Assembly (NCBI GenBank): GCA_964425625.1
Contig: CAYRMI010000002.1
Coordinates: 62,858-126,857, forward strand
Direction of reading: 5' to 3'
From: an uncultured Candidatus Saccharibacteria bacterium
GTDB taxonomy: Bacteria; Patescibacteriota; Minisyncoccia; Phycocordibacterales; UBA918
DNA: 64,000 bases
How positions within the stretch are numbered: the stretch's first letter is position 1; each line of letters opens with the position of its first letter. The notes beneath the pieces are model-generated. The model was not told the origin of the DNA. It ran no database searches and saw only the letters and a list, made by a program, of their open reading frames with translations. Shown in pieces: positions 1 to 10,235 of this stretch. Position numbers and translations under genes: made by a program.

Positions 1-604
1 TGCGCTACTATATGCACTTTTCTTTCTCTTCTTTGCCTCATCTGTTTTTGTAGTTACTACGATAGACTCATCTTCTTCTACTATTGCTCTCATGGGGGAC
101 ATCGCAGCCGTCATGAGTATACTCATGTACCTCAGGGCTTTTTCTGTTCAAGAAAATATGAAGGCTGCCTGGAATCTAATTTTCCTCGGTCATCTATCTG
201 GCATCGCTTTTCTTTTCTTTGCGTCGCCAGAAAATATCGCACCGCTCCTTATGTACGCAGTTGGTATAGGAATAGCTTTTATAATTGGTTACGGTGTACT
301 TTATTATATGCAGATTAAAGAAAAGGACAGCTTTGCGCATTTCCATGGACACATCTATGAGTATCGCCGTTTAGGCAATTTCTTCTTTGTGATCTGCCTC
401 AGTTTTATGGCTTTTCCGATTACCCCTTCCTTTTTAGGGCAAGATATTCTACTTAGCACTCTCCATGGTGAGCATATGCTTCAGATTGTCCTGTTTGGCA
501 TCGCTTACGTAATTTCAGGTATTGCCATCATCCGCCTCTTCGCCAAAGTATTCTTTGGACCCCACCAGAAAACTTATCACGAGGTGGCTTATAAATCTTC
601 CTAA
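1..604 (+). CDS. 5'-truncated membrane protein, probably the C-terminal part of a proton-conducting transporter (NuoL/MrpD/HyfF-like) subunit
   Basis: Frame 2 is open from base 2 to the stop at 604. Multiple TM segments; the SFMAFPITPSFLG segment resembles the L..G.P....F.G motif of Mrp/Nuo antiporter-like subunits; ends RLFAKVFFGP. Confidence 0.5.
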   Translation, partial: ALLYALFFLFFASSVFVVTTIDSSSSTIALMGDIAAVMSILMYLRAFSVQENMKAAWNLIFLGHLSGIAFLFFASPENIAPLLMYAVGIGIAFIIGYGVLYYMQIKEKDSFAHFHGHIYEYRRLGNFFFVICLSFMAFPITPSFLGQDILLSTLHGEHMLQIVLFGIAYVISGIAIIRLFAKVFFGPHQKTYHEVAYKSS

Positions 605-653
605 AAATCAAAATAGACGAAAGATAGACACAATATAAATACAGAATAAAAGG

Positions 654-690
654 AAACCCGCCCTACGCAGTTGCGCGGGGCGGGGCTTTT
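654..690. terminator. GC-rich hairpin between convergent genes
   Basis: aaacccgccc...gggcggggctttt between the stops at 604 (+) and 694 (-). Confidence 0.6.
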
Positions 691-693
691 GGC

Positions 694-1320
694 TTAAGTC
701 GCTTGTTTGCGGCTCAAAGCAGTGACGTCAAGGATGTGGCGAATTGCTTCTGTGGCGCATTCCTCAACCGTCTGACCAGTGAGGTAAATCGGTGGCTTCT
801 GACCCGTGCCCTCAAAATACTCGTTGATATCTCGTTCTTGTTTCGAACAGAAGTCCAACACATTGCTTTCTATTGGTTTCAGTACACGGTTGATGAAATA
901 CTGGGGTTTTGGCGTGCCACGAATGACACGCGCCGGTACAAGATGCTTATGCCAGAGCTCGGTGGCTTCATTCCGCGCTTGTGGACAGTCAGTCTCCGCA
1001 ATCGAATCGAGAAATACGTCCAGTCCGTACCGGAGCGTCACGACGATATTGCCAGAGGCAATGGCCGGCCGAATCCTCTTGACACCCGCCTCGTTGAACT
1101 CAGCGAAGGCTGTCACTAGGCGTGTGGTAGGGTGAAGGGCTCGGTGTGTCTCACTCCAGCGGATTGGAAGGGGTTTCTTGGAAACCACATTATCCATGAA
1201 TATGATCGGCAGATGTGGGTAATGCTCTAGCATCTGTCGTTGTGTTTCATAGAACACATTTTCTTTCTTATTGGCTCGTTGGCCAGAAAACGAAAATAGA
1301 AATCCGCTGCCGTCTGGCAT
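694..1320 (-). CDS. degenerate thymidylate kinase-like protein (probable pseudokinase)
   Basis: HPTTRL...IRPAIASGNIVVTLRYGLD follows the Tmk pattern (IRPAL..G.IVI.DRY..S), but the P-loop region reads FSFSGQRANKKE and DRY reads LRY. GGAGG SD upstream. Confidence 0.55.
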   Translation of the reverse strand: MPDGSGFLFSFSGQRANKKENVFYETQRQMLEHYPHLPIIFMDNVVSKKPLPIRWSETHRALHPTTRLVTAFAEFNEAGVKRIRPAIASGNIVVTLRYGLDVFLDSIAETDCPQARNEATELWHKHLVPARVIRGTPKPQYFINRVLKPIESNVLDFCSKQERDINEYFEGTGQKPPIYLTGQTVEECATEAIRHILDVTALSRKQAT

Positions 1321-1475
1321 ATATCCTCCGGTGTAGTTGGATGGGTAAAGGAACTGTACAACTCGTTTGTAAACAGGCTTTAGAGAAGTTTAGGTCGAAT
1401 CATAAATGATTCGAAACTAAAGGTCTGAAAACCTTAACCTACATGTTGTGATTGGATTCAGAAATCCAAGACAGA

Positions 1476-1504
1476 ATACTACTACCACGCCTTGTGGTAG
1501 TCAA
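1476..1504 (-). promoter_or_regulatory. sigma70-type promoter with a palindrome in the spacer
   Basis: Minus strand TTGACT-17 nt-TAGTAT; the inverted repeat actaccac-gcctt-gtggtagt overlaps the spacer and -35. Confidence 0.55.
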
Positions 1505-1724
1505 TAATTTAACTGTGGGGACAATTCATGGCCTCAGAGCCGTATGATTTTGGAATCTTAAATCCAAGTCTGTCTTTTATGGTAAGCGCAGTGTTAATCG
1601 GCTTCCGTTATTAATATAAATCCTGGCTTTGTAGAGTTTTATACACCAAGTCACACTAATACTTTAGACGACTAATAACCTAGTTAGACTCGACGGTATT
1701 TTTCTTTTGTGATACATTGCTGGG

Positions 1725-2171
1725 GTGAGACAACAAGTATCAAAAGATATCGTGGTAGCAGCTTTAATCACCGATGAGAGTGGTAATGTTTTAATCGTTA
1801 AACCAGAATATAAGGAAGGGTGGATTTTTCCTGGCGGTTATGTAGAGGTAGGTGAATCTCCTAGTGAGGCCCTACAACGTGAAATATTAGCTGAAATTGG
1901 GATTGATATTGTCGCTCCTAAACGTCTTTTAAGTGTTGATTATCGTGGTCATTCGGAAGAATACATCATGTTTATCTTTGACGGTGGTGTTTTTACCAAA
2001 GACACCATTGATTCAATCAAATTACCGCCACGCTTACTTGAGTACAAATTTGTTTCACCTGAGGAAGCGGTAAAATTATTACGCGAAAAGAATGCTCGTC
2101 GTCTTATGCCAACCCTAGAAGCCCGTCAAAAAACTGGAATTGCGTATCTAGAGAACCAAGAGCTCTTCTAG
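1725..2171 (+). CDS. NUDIX hydrolase
   Basis: Nudix box PGGYVEVGESPSEALQREILAEIG. Confidence 0.9.
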   Translation: MRQQVSKDIVVAALITDESGNVLIVKPEYKEGWIFPGGYVEVGESPSEALQREILAEIGIDIVAPKRLLSVDYRGHSEEYIMFIFDGGVFTKDTIDSIKLPPRLLEYKFVSPEEAVKLLREKNARRLMPTLEARQKTGIAYLENQELF

Positions 2172-2268
2172 TACAAATGTAGTTTATACATTGGTATTAA
2201 GAAGAGTTTTTTGTTTTGTGTTTATTATGGGCACAAACTTATTTACTAAATAGTCTTTAATATTAATT

Positions 2269-3543
2269 ATGATTTTATTTGCCAGCCTGATTTTTATTAT
2301 CGGCTATATCGTTATCACTCTAGAACACCACTGGAAGATTAACAAATCGCTAACAGCGACCGCTTTGGCGGCTGTCTTATGGGGAGGTTTGGCACTTGCT
2401 GGTTATGACCATGTATTGATGGAGGAGGCTATTCATATGCTGTCAGCCGAAACCTTCTCTCTAGTAGTATTCTTGCTGTCAGCCATGACTTTGGTAGAAA
2501 TATTGGTCCATTACCGCTTTTTTGACTTATTGCGTGCTAAAATCTTTGCTCTTGGTCTTAAAGACGTCGGTCAGTTGGTGCTTATTTCCTCTATCGCTTT
2601 TGTCCTCTCGGCCATCATCGACAACCTAACTACCACCATCGTGATGGTGCAGATCGCTCGACGTTTCTTCAAGGGTACTAATCTCTTGGTAGCTGCGGGG
2701 GCGATTGTTGTGGCAGCTAACGCCGGAGGAGCCTTTTCGCCAATCGGTGACGTAACAACCATCATGTTGTGGTTGGCAGGAAAGTTCACCGCCTTGGAGA
2801 TTCTTCTCTGGGGATTTTTACCTGCATTGACTATTTATGTAGTGAGTATGTTGCTTTTTGTGCGTCAAATAAAAGGTGATACTTCAGATATAGTACCGAC
2901 TACTTTTGAAGAAGTAAATCTAACGTTCCCAGAAAAGACGATTATTGCCACCACTTTCGCTTCTTTTGCCTTACCGCCAATAGCTCATCTTTTTGGCCTG
3001 CCACCTTTTATGGGATTAATGCTTGGCGTAGGTATCGTTGGCTTGATGGTGGCCTGGTTTGCCAATACTGCCTCCGAACGTGAGTCGCACCTCTCGATGG
3101 ATATTGAAAAGCTCTTGGGTAAGTTAGATATTACCAGTTTACTATTTTTTATTGGTATCCTTTTTGCTGTTGGCGCCCTTGGCTTCTTAGGTATTCTTGA
3201 TCAGATATCTGGAGCGGTGTTTGGTGCTGAACCGGAGGCTTCTAGACTGATAGCGGGAAGTGTTTTCTTGGGTGTCTTCTCAGCTATCTTGGATAATATT
3301 CCACTGACGGCAGCGGCGCTTGATATTCTCCAAACTACCGACTCCCGCATTTGGATTCTTTTGGCTATCTGCGTTGGAACGGGCGGGTCAATGCTCGTTA
3401 TTGGTTCGGCCGCTGGTGTAGTGGCTATGGGTATGGTAAAAGAGCTTAGCTTTAAGCAATACCTTCATATTGCAACTATCCCAGCCACCGTTGGTTATGT
3501 GGCGGGCATTGGTGTGTGGTGTATACAGTATTGGTTGTTTTAG
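2269..3543 (+). CDS. nhaD: Na+/H+ antiporter NhaD family
   Basis: SAIIDNLTTTIVM, AANAGGAFSPIGDVTTIMLW, SAILDNIPL and GTGGSMLVIGSAAGV motifs; many TM segments. Confidence 0.9.
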   Translation: MILFASLIFIIGYIVITLEHHWKINKSLTATALAAVLWGGLALAGYDHVLMEEAIHMLSAETFSLVVFLLSAMTLVEILVHYRFFDLLRAKIFALGLKDVGQLVLISSIAFVLSAIIDNLTTTIVMVQIARRFFKGTNLLVAAGAIVVAANAGGAFSPIGDVTTIMLWLAGKFTALEILLWGFLPALTIYVVSMLLFVRQIKGDTSDIVPTTFEEVNLTFPEKTIIATTFASFALPPIAHLFGLPPFMGLMLGVGIVGLMVAWFANTASERESHLSMDIEKLLGKLDITSLLFFIGILFAVGALGFLGILDQISGAVFGAEPEASRLIAGSVFLGVFSAILDNIPLTAAALDILQTTDSRIWILLAICVGTGGSMLVIGSAAGVVAMGMVKELSFKQYLHIATIPATVGYVAGIGVWCIQYWLF

Positions 3544-3556
3544 TTCTGTAAATTTT

Positions 3557-3590
3557 AAAAACCTCTAGTTCAAAAAACTAGAGGTTTTTT
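3557..3590 (+). terminator. intrinsic terminator
   Basis: aaaaacctctagtt...aactagaggtttttt directly after nhaD. Confidence 0.75.
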
Positions 3591-3616
3591 GAAAATAAAG
3601 TATAGTAGATTAATAA

Positions 3617-6600
3617 ATGAAAAAATCATCAGCTAATATTTTGGAGCAAGCATTTTCTGAGGCACTTTCCGCACTAAATAAAGAGCAACGACGAGCGGTT
3701 GATACAATCGAAGGGCCAGTGATGGTGATTGCTGGTCCGGGTACTGGTAAGACACAAATTCTGACGCTTAGAATTGCTAATATTCTAATTAAGACAGACC
3801 TTCAGCCAGAAAATATTTTAGCTTTGACCTTTACTGACTCGGGAGTTAAAGCCATGCGCGAACGCTTACGTAAATACATCGGTGCGACAGCATATCGCGT
3901 TCCGATTTATACTTTTCATGGTTTTGCCCAGCATCTAATCAATCACTATCCTGATGCTTTCCCGAAAGTAATTGGCGGGCGTGCTATCACTGACGTGGAA
4001 AAGGTAGAAATTTTAGATGGGATACTTAAGGAGCCGTCTTTGAAGTTATTGCGTCCACTAGGCAATCAGACCTACTACGTACCACACTTGTTAGCAATCA
4101 TCAGTCATATGAAGCAGGAATATGTATCGGCTGATAATCTTAGTTTTATTATTGCCAAACAAGAAGAAGAACTTGTGGGTATAGAAAAGATTCATCAAAA
4201 AGGAGCCCATAAGGGGAAGGTAAGAGGTGAGTACAGCAAAATGGAGAAAGTTATCGAGAAAAATAAAGAACTGCAATATGTGTATCGGTACTATGAAGCT
4301 ACCTTAGCTTCGGCTCATCTTTATGATTTTGACGATATGATTGCTGAAGCAGTCAGAGCTCTAGTCGACGATGAAAACCTCTTACGAGAATTGCAGGAAA
4401 CCTACCAGTACATTTTGGCTGATGAACATCAAGACGTAAATGGAGCACAAAATAAAATCCTCGAGCAGTTATGTAATTTTCATCCCTCACCCAACATTTT
4501 TGTGGTTGGTGATGAGAAGCAAGCCATCTATCGTTTTCAGGGTGCATCGCTCAGTAACTTTCTTTACTTCACGGACGTTTTTCCGACGACAAAGACGATT
4601 GCACTAACTAGTAATTATCGTTCTGGCCAGCTAATTTTGGATGTCGCTCAGGAACTAATAACTTGTGATGATGAGTCGTTGATGAAGCTTCGGGTGCCCC
4701 TTAAGGCTGAGCTCGTAAAGGACGCAAAGATAGAAGAGCGTAAATTCTCTCATCAGGTAGTGGAAGATGATTGGCTGACTATGGCCGTAGTAGAACAGGT
4801 CAATAAAGGCGTACCGCCACAAGAAATAGCGGTCATTGTCAGGTCAAATAAAGAAGTAGAATCAATCACCGCCTTACTTAGAAAGGCTGGTCTGTCAGTC
4901 GTAGCCTCGGCCGATGGAGATATTCTCGATCATCCGATTACCAAAGTGGTGGAGTCATTGCTTAACGCAGTTTTGACTGATACTGATGAATCATCACTTT
5001 TGGCAGTTATTCATGGCGCTTATTGGGGAATAGAAACGGCTGATATTATCAAATTGGCCTCAACCAGGTCTTACCAGGAGTCGCTATCTAGTTTGATTGT
5101 AAATAAGGATCGCTTGGTAGCCATCGGTATTAGTGAGGTAGAAAAAATTCTTCGTATTGGTGAAGTTTTGGCGACGGCTCGATTGCGCGAAGTCCATGAA
5201 CCACCACATCGCGTTTTAGAATATTTATTGACGGCCAGTGGTTTAATTGAACATCTACTTACTCACGATCCTTATGAAGGAGTACGGGTGGTTAGGCGCT
5301 TGTATGATGAACTTGAGGCGATGGTGGTGCGTGATGGAGTAGCTACCTTGAAGGGAGTGAGTACTATTTTGGCAACTCGCCGACTTTACGGTCTACCGCT
5401 CTCGGCTCCATATTTAGCCACTGCAACTGAAGCGGTTCAAGTGATGACTGCTCACAAGTCAAAGGGACTGGAATTTTCAGTGGTCTTTGTACCGCATGTA
5501 CAAGATAATAACTGGGGTGGAAAAAACCGTGCCACCATGTTCAAACTACCCTTGACTAGCTTTGTCTCCAAGGACGAAGAAATTGATCCGATTGATGATG
5601 AAAAGCGACTTTTGTATGTAGCGATGACGCGAGCCAAGAAGGAGTTGTATATATCAAACTCCAAGCAGTCGATTGCTGGCAAGGAGCTCATGGATTCTAG
5701 ACTAATGACAGAGGCAGTGACAGCAAAACTAGTGCAAGCAGACGTACGTAAATTTGAGACCTCATTCTCACCGGTACGGGCGTTAAAAGAAAAGCCAATT
5801 AGTCAGGTTGATATCGCGATGATTAGAAAACTTATATTAGAGCGTGGATTGTCTGCCACTTCACTTAATAATCTGATTAAAAATCCCTGGGATTTTTTCT
5901 ACCGAAATATCTTAAGAGTACCGGAAGTTCAACCACTGCATATGCAGTTTGGTACTGTGATACACAATGTACTCGAGAAATCGACCGCTTTACATACTAA
6001 AGAAAAAACCTGGCCGACCATGAGTCAGGTGAAGTTTTGGCTAGAAGGTCAGTTACACCAGCTACCAATTCATACTGAGGAGTATACTAGGCTACACGAA
6101 AAAGGTTTGACCGTCTTGGTAGTGTATCTGGAGCATTTAAAAAACCAAGTCGTACATGATACGGTAGAAGAGTTGAAGGTGAGGGTACAGTTACCGTTAG
6201 ATTTACCGGATTTACCAGAAGTGATGTTGACGGGCAAGTTAGACCGTCTAGACTTAAACGCTGACGGACAGGCGGTCCGTGTAGTTGATTATAAGACTGG
6301 TAAACCAAAGACTCGAGGCTCGATTGAAGGCACTAACGCGAGTTCTGATGGTAGTTATAAGCGGCAGTTGACGTTTTATGCCTTACTACTTGATCTCTAC
6401 GATGATGAGCGTTACTGTACTCATTCTGGCACCCTTTCATTTGTTGAACCTAATACTAAAGGTCAAATAACAGAAGAGTTATTTATGATTACTGATGAAG
6501 AAATAGAAGCACTAAAGGTAGAGATTAAGGAGCATCTTAGTTTGGTGTTAAGTGGAGAGTTTTTACAAAATCGATTGTTGGCCGAAGAAAGTGAATATAA

Positions 6601-6637
6601 AGACTTAGCCTTGGCCTTAATTGATAACTTAAAATAA
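3617..6637 (+). CDS. UvrD/Rep-family ATP-dependent DNA helicase fused to a C-terminal PD-(D/E)XK nuclease (AddA/AdnA-like)
   Basis: AGPGTGKT, LADEHQD, GDEKQAIYRFQGA, MTAHKSKGLEF, LYVAMTRAK; C-terminal GKLDRLD...VVDYKTG...QL.FY. Confidence 0.9.
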   Translation: MKKSSANILEQAFSEALSALNKEQRRAVDTIEGPVMVIAGPGTGKTQILTLRIANILIKTDLQPENILALTFTDSGVKAMRERLRKYIGATAYRVPIYTFHGFAQHLINHYPDAFPKVIGGRAITDVEKVEILDGILKEPSLKLLRPLGNQTYYVPHLLAIISHMKQEYVSADNLSFIIAKQEEELVGIEKIHQKGAHKGKVRGEYSKMEKVIEKNKELQYVYRYYEATLASAHLYDFDDMIAEAVRALVDDENLLRELQETYQYILADEHQDVNGAQNKILEQLCNFHPSPNIFVVGDEKQAIYRFQGASLSNFLYFTDVFPTTKTIALTSNYRSGQLILDVAQELITCDDESLMKLRVPLKAELVKDAKIEERKFSHQVVEDDWLTMAVVEQVNKGVPPQEIAVIVRSNKEVESITALLRKAGLSVVASADGDILDHPITKVVESLLNAVLTDTDESSLLAVIHGAYWGIETADIIKLASTRSYQESLSSLIVNKDRLVAIGISEVEKILRIGEVLATARLREVHEPPHRVLEYLLTASGLIEHLLTHDPYEGVRVVRRLYDELEAMVVRDGVATLKGVSTILATRRLYGLPLSAPYLATATEAVQVMTAHKSKGLEFSVVFVPHVQDNNWGGKNRATMFKLPLTSFVSKDEEIDPIDDEKRLLYVAMTRAKKELYISNSKQSIAGKELMDSRLMTEAVTAKLVQADVRKFETSFSPVRALKEKPISQVDIAMIRKLILERGLSATSLNNLIKNPWDFFYRNILRVPEVQPLHMQFGTVIHNVLEKSTALHTKEKTWPTMSQVKFWLEGQLHQLPIHTEEYTRLHEKGLTVLVVYLEHLKNQVVHDTVEELKVRVQLPLDLPDLPEVMLTGKLDRLDLNADGQAVRVVDYKTGKPKTRGSIEGTNASSDGSYKRQLTFYALLLDLYDDERYCTHSGTLSFVEPNTKGQITEELFMITDEEIEALKVEIKEHLSLVLSGEFLQNRLLAEESEYKDLALALIDNLK

Positions 6638-6672
6638 AAAGCACAGAGCATTAGCTCCGTGCTTTTTATTTT
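6631..6672. terminator. bidirectional intrinsic terminator
   Basis: aaaataaaaagcac...gtgctttttatttt between convergent genes. Confidence 0.75.
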
Positions 6673-6682
6673 TTAAGGGCTT

Positions 6683-7453
6683 TTATTGTGCCTCACCCGC
6701 AGATTCTACTCCGCCTTCCAATTGACCAAGTAAGTTGTCAATTATTGATTTAACTACGGTGTATGGTTGAGCGCCTTCGATTGGTGCTAGTTGGTTGCCA
6801 ACAATCACAAATGACTGTGGTGTGCCTTGGATACCAGCTTTTACCCCATCATTTAGGCTCTGGGCTAGCACTGGGTCTTGTTCGCCTGATTCTAGGCAGT
6901 CTACCAGAGCCTCCTTATTTACGCCTACCTTTTCCGCATATTCAGGTAGTTTTGAGATATTGGTTGGTTCGTTAGTGCCACGTTCAGTAAATACTAAGTC
7001 AGAAAAATCCCAGAAAGCATCATTACCACCGAGTTTTCCAACACAGAGTGCGGTTAAAGAAATTCTCTCTGCGTTTGGATGAAGTTGGGCTAACGGAAAT
7101 TGACGGTATACCCACGCTACTTTGCCACTGACACCATATTCATCCATTATTCTAGTCATAGTATCGTGGAAACTTTTACAAAATGGGCAATCGTAGTCAG
7201 AGTACTCAACAATTAAGATTTGCGCATTTGGATTACCTTTAATAAAGTCAGCACCATCCACTGGTCTAATGTCGTCTTTGGTGATGGCGGCTTTTTGGGG
7301 AGCATTTTGTGCGACTTGTTCCGGGGCTGGAGTGTTGCTACTGCCCATACCACTAAAATAAATAGCTAGCGCAATAAGTCCAAAGCCAGCTACAATGGCG
7401 ATTGGTATAGCTAGTGATGCGACGGTACTTTCTGATTGAGGTGTTGGTTCCAT
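6683..7453 (-). CDS. DsbA-family thiol-disulfide oxidoreductase, membrane anchored
   Basis: EYSDYDCPFC (CxxC) and GTP cis-proline motif; N-terminal TM. Confidence 0.9.
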   Translation of the reverse strand: MEPTPQSESTVASLAIPIAIVAGFGLIALAIYFSGMGSSNTPAPEQVAQNAPQKAAITKDDIRPVDGADFIKGNPNAQILIVEYSDYDCPFCKSFHDTMTRIMDEYGVSGKVAWVYRQFPLAQLHPNAERISLTALCVGKLGGNDAFWDFSDLVFTERGTNEPTNISKLPEYAEKVGVNKEALVDCLESGEQDPVLAQSLNDGVKAGIQGTPQSFVIVGNQLAPIEGAQPYTVVKSIIDNLLGQLEGGVESAGEAQ

Positions 7454-7522
7454 AGATTAAATATTGATTAGTATGAGTTTATTCTAGCATATTTTTTATT
7501 TCTCCAATGTTATACTGTTGAA

Positions 7523-8329
7523 ATGGATTTATTAGTTTCTACATTACTTGGCTTGGTTCAAGGTTTAACCGAGTTTTTACCAATTTCCTCGTCAGGGCAC
7601 GTTATTTTGATACGGGATTTTTGGGCTGTCAGTGAGGCTTATGCTTTAGCTACCGAGTCGGTCTTATTACTCTTTGGCACACTAGCAATTATTACTTATT
7701 TCCGTTTGGACTTGTGGATACTCGTGCAGGCATTGATCCGCAAGCTTGGTCGTTTACCGGCCAACGAAAAAGACCTTACTTTGCTCTACGCTCTGATCGT
7801 AGGTACTATTCCCGGTGTAATTTTAGGATTATCACTTGAAAGTTGGCTTAGTGAATTTAAAAGTGCTTCTGTAGTAGCTGGTGTGTGGTTTTGTTCGGCT
7901 ATATTTATGATGTATGCGGAATGGCGCTATTATCTACAGCCACCTCGTAGTAGTTTAACTATCCACCGGGGTTTACTTATTGGCTTATTCCAAGCTCTAG
8001 CTTTGTTACCGGGGTTTTCGCGACTGGGAGCCACTGTAGCCGGTGGTATGTTGCTCGGGCTATCGAGAATTGAAGCGGCTCGTTTCTCTTTTTTATTGGG
8101 GATACCAGTTACGCTTGGAGTGGGGAGTAAAAAATTACTAGAGCTATTAGCCTTAAACGAAGCGATTGATTGGTTACCAGTGATGGTCGGGGGTGTCGTA
8201 TGCTATTTTTTTGCTCTCATTACTATTCATTTCTTCCTTGGTCTACTTAGGCGTTATACATTATGGCCGTTTGTTTGGTACAGCATTATTGTCTCTGGTA
8301 TGGTGGCTTATTTTGCGATCTTTTTATAA
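7523..8329 (+). CDS. uppP: undecaprenyl-diphosphate phosphatase
   Basis: QGLTEFLPISSSGH and PGFSRLGAT (canonical PGxSRSGxT); AARFSFLL. Confidence 0.88.
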   Translation: MDLLVSTLLGLVQGLTEFLPISSSGHVILIRDFWAVSEAYALATESVLLLFGTLAIITYFRLDLWILVQALIRKLGRLPANEKDLTLLYALIVGTIPGVILGLSLESWLSEFKSASVVAGVWFCSAIFMMYAEWRYYLQPPRSSLTIHRGLLIGLFQALALLPGFSRLGATVAGGMLLGLSRIEAARFSFLLGIPVTLGVGSKKLLELLALNEAIDWLPVMVGGVVCYFFALITIHFFLGLLRRYTLWPFVWYSIIVSGMVAYFAIFL

Positions 8330-8340
8330 GATAAAACCAT

Positions 8341-8916
8341 TTAAAATAATAGAGAATGGGTTAGAATCGATTCTTCTTTAACACCCCAAGTAGAAGTATC
8401 AAGGATAATCTCGCGCTTACGTGAGCCGTCTTTGAACTTAACATGGCCATTTTTGAGTGCGTAGTCAAATATTTTTTTTGTTACTCTTACATCCTGCTCA
8501 CAGTATTTTTTGATCTCATCTATTTTACCCTCGTTCCACCATCTAACTGCCTGTAGGCCATTGGCCGATTTTTTAGCACCGACCGTAGCTTCAGCCACGC
8601 TATCTAGACGTAATCGTCGACCCAGTGATTTTCTAATTTCTTCGAGGAGATCGATACTTTTAATTTGTGTTAGATCGCCTGGATAGTATTTATTTAATAG
8701 TGGGATGTCAAAGTGATTGCTGTTGTATCCGACCAAGGCATCTGCTTGTTCTAGGATTGGCCAGACCTTATGCAACTCGTCGATGGTTATGGTGGTGTAG
8801 GTATCGGTTTCGCTATCATAGAAGGTACCGACTGAAATATCCAAATCAACCGGGTTATTGCTACCTACATCATGAAAAATATTTTGTGTTTCTAGATCAA
8901 AAATTACATACCGCAT
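8341..8916 (-). CDS. RNase H-like (YprB/DEDD-type) exonuclease domain protein
   Basis: FDLETQ, VGYNSNHFDIPLL, YCEQDVRVT. Confidence 0.8.
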   Translation of the reverse strand: MRYVIFDLETQNIFHDVGSNNPVDLDISVGTFYDSETDTYTTITIDELHKVWPILEQADALVGYNSNHFDIPLLNKYYPGDLTQIKSIDLLEEIRKSLGRRLRLDSVAEATVGAKKSANGLQAVRWWNEGKIDEIKKYCEQDVRVTKKIFDYALKNGHVKFKDGSRKREIILDTSTWGVKEESILTHSLLF

Positions 8917-8923
8917 AGACAGA

Positions 8924-10192
8924 CTAACTTTGAGCGATTAGGGAAGTTAAAATTTCTTCCAAACTCCCAGATTCAGTAGTATTTAGAGCTAAGTTCTTTA
9001 AGACATATTGGCCGGTGGTTAATTCGGCGGATCCAGCCACGAGAGCAAAGGGAATGTTTCGGCTGGCAGCATCGGCGATTTTTTTACCTAGTTTTTTGGA
9101 GCCAATGTCAACGGCGGTTTTGATACCACGAGTGCGAAACTGACTAGCTAGTTTTAAACAATTTAGGTTGTCTTCTGGTTCAGCGGGAATAATACTTAGA
9201 GTTGGTGCAGTTTGCTTAACTGTATCTGGTAACAGGCGGTGAGTCTCCAAAAAATCTCGCATAGTGACATCGCCCATACCAAAGCCAACTCCAGCAATTT
9301 GTTCTCCGCCAAATAGGCTAGTTAAATTATCGTAACGTCCACCACCCAACAGAGCGCGGTTGTTTGCTGGGTCTGTGTCAACAATTTCAAAAATAGTGCC
9401 AGTGTAATAATCAAAACCTCGCGCAATGGTGCGATCTAGTTTTACGTTAGTAATACCAAGTTCTTTTAAACCAGCTACTACTTTGTTGGTGCCGGATTCT
9501 ACCTCTATGATTCCAATCACTTGTTCAACTAACTCAACTTGCTGGAGAATTTTTGCTAGTTCTGATCGGTATTCGGTAGGCGATATCTTTTTCTTACGAT
9601 CAGTTAGTCGTGTGATAGCCATTATTTTGCTTTCATCATTGACACCAATTTGGTGGTACATTTCTGCCATTTCAGCTCGGTCATTAAGTAGGACCTCAAA
9701 CATCTCTGGTGTTGCGCCAAAGTCTAGCAAGATTTGGTAAGCCAAAGCAATCATTTCCACATCAGCCGTATAGTCGCAGACTCCAAAAATATCGCAGTTG
9801 AGTTGCCAATGTTCGCGCAGACGTCCGCGCTGAGTGCGCTCATAACGGAAGAGGTTGGGAATAGAGTACCACCGAACTGGAAATTGCAGTTCACGTCGTC
9901 GATGAGCAATCATGCGGGCAACCGTCGGTGTCATCTCTGGCCTTAAGGTGACTTCTCGGTCGCCACGATCAATGAAGGTGTAGGTTTGTTCGTTGATTAT
10001 TTCTTCGTTAGCTGAGCCTTTACTTTTATATAGTTCAGAGGGTTCCAGGACTGAGGCATCGTAGCGTTCAAACCCAAAACTTTCGGCTGTTTTGCTCCAA
10101 TTTTTTGTGATATAGCGTTGTACTGCCATATCTTCTGGATAGAAATCTCTTACTCCTTTATAAGCTTCAGTTGAGAGTTTTTTGTCTGGCAT
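8924..10192 (-). CDS. hisS: histidine--tRNA ligase
   Basis: KGVRDFYP, LRPEMTP, FRYERTQRGRLREHWQ, RGFDYYTG, GGGRYD. Start placed at MPDKK (10192). Confidence 0.95.
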   Translation of the reverse strand: MPDKKLSTEAYKGVRDFYPEDMAVQRYITKNWSKTAESFGFERYDASVLEPSELYKSKGSANEEIINEQTYTFIDRGDREVTLRPEMTPTVARMIAHRRRELQFPVRWYSIPNLFRYERTQRGRLREHWQLNCDIFGVCDYTADVEMIALAYQILLDFGATPEMFEVLLNDRAEMAEMYHQIGVNDESKIMAITRLTDRKKKISPTEYRSELAKILQQVELVEQVIGIIEVESGTNKVVAGLKELGITNVKLDRTIARGFDYYTGTIFEIVDTDPANNRALLGGGRYDNLTSLFGGEQIAGVGFGMGDVTMRDFLETHRLLPDTVKQTAPTLSIIPAEPEDNLNCLKLASQFRTRGIKTAVDIGSKKLGKKIADAASRNIPFALVAGSAELTTGQYVLKNLALNTTESGSLEEILTSLIAQS

Positions 10193-10235
10193 ATTAAAAA
10201 TGATTGTAGGTGAGTAGCTTTGGTAATGCAAGTGG

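Noticed and set aside
7523-8329. uppP as a pseudogene (SRLG instead of SRSG)
   Set aside because: The ORF is full length and the main catalytic motif EFLPISSSGH and the Arg are retained.
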